DNA from: the human T2T-CHM13v2.0 reference genome, Homo sapiens
Direction: 5' to 3' (one strand)
DNA: 64,000 nt
NCBI RefSeq assembly: GCF_009914755.1
Contig: NC_060938.1
In this document: positions 62,664 through 64,000 of the stretch, one piece after another
Numbering within the stretch: position 1 is the first letter of the stretch
Layout of the letters: every line of letters begins with the position of its first letter
Program-made: the position numbers and the translations under genes
Notes under the pieces: model-generated
What the model was told of the DNA's origin: nothing
Databases searched by the model: none
Seen by the model: the letters and a program-made list of their open reading frames with translations, nothing else

Positions 62664-63338
<675 letters not shown>

Positions 63339-63477
63339 TAATCATTAGATACTCCTTCTTTGCCTCTTGAGGTATTTCTGTTTTTTAAAAGCCCTTATTT
63401 AAAATGTAAAATAAATAATGGTAAAAGTAATGATGTTACCCATAAACAAAGTTTTAAAATTGGTTGCTTATTAGCCA

Positions 63478-63740
63478 AACAGTGGTCTGCAGTGGTAACC
63501 AACCTCTGAAAAGATTATGCCTTTTTTACTCATTCAAAAATTCCCCCTCCTGCAGAGCTTCTTCAATTTTAATGTGTATATGAATCAGTTGAGGATCTTG
63601 GTAAAATACTGATTCTGATTCAATATGTCCCTGGGTAAGGCCTGAGATTGTGCATTTCTAACAAGCTCCCAGGGGAGGCTGGAGCTACTGGTCCCTAGAC
63701 CAGACTTTTTAAACTCCCTTCCCTCCCTTGAGAACTACTG
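63478..63740. mobile_element. MER5-type hAT fragments
   Basis: gcctgagattgtgcatttctaacaagctcccagg motif; similar relics at ~58080-58260 and ~60800-60960. Confidence 0.7.
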
Positions 63741-64000
63741 GTTTGGCTTAGATCCAGTGTTGGACTTGGATGGTTGAGTGGTGAGTGATCATAAAGTAAG
63801 AGTTTCTATTGTAAGCCTGCCCGTCTAGAAATATTTTGAGCAATTTTAGTAGAGCTATTTATAGCTGTTTCTTTCCAGGTAGGATCAGAGAAATATATGC
63901 TTCTGAATAGGTTAAATTTTCTTCCATAATATAATGCTGCCCTGAATGCAGAAATGTGCCTATCACTTGTAATTTTCCTGGAAGGCGTGAGACTGCTTGG

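Overview
Human genomic DNA, almost entirely intronic and repeat-rich. I recognise it from memory as the 5' part of FUT8 (alpha-1,6-fucosyltransferase, chr14q23.3, + strand). A 98-nt non-coding 5'UTR exon with canonical splice sites lies at 16382-16479, and the MIR625 hairpin lies at 31866-31950. There is no intact protein-coding sequence: the listed ORFs are Alu/L1/LTR artefacts or pieces of a minus-strand RPL21 processed pseudogene. The rest is nested L1, Alu (including a young AluYa5), ERV/MaLR solo LTRs, MIR/L2 and DNA-transposon fossils. Subfamily names and many repeat boundaries are by eye and approximate. I see no new multi-gene system. The best second-look items are a 248-bp polyadenylated mRNA-3'-end retrocopy with TSDs hidden inside an L1, a perfect 23-bp pre-miRNA-sized hairpin at 8314-8382, several other fold-back duplications like the one that created MIR625, a uORF in the FUT8 UTR exon, and some unusual insertion architectures.
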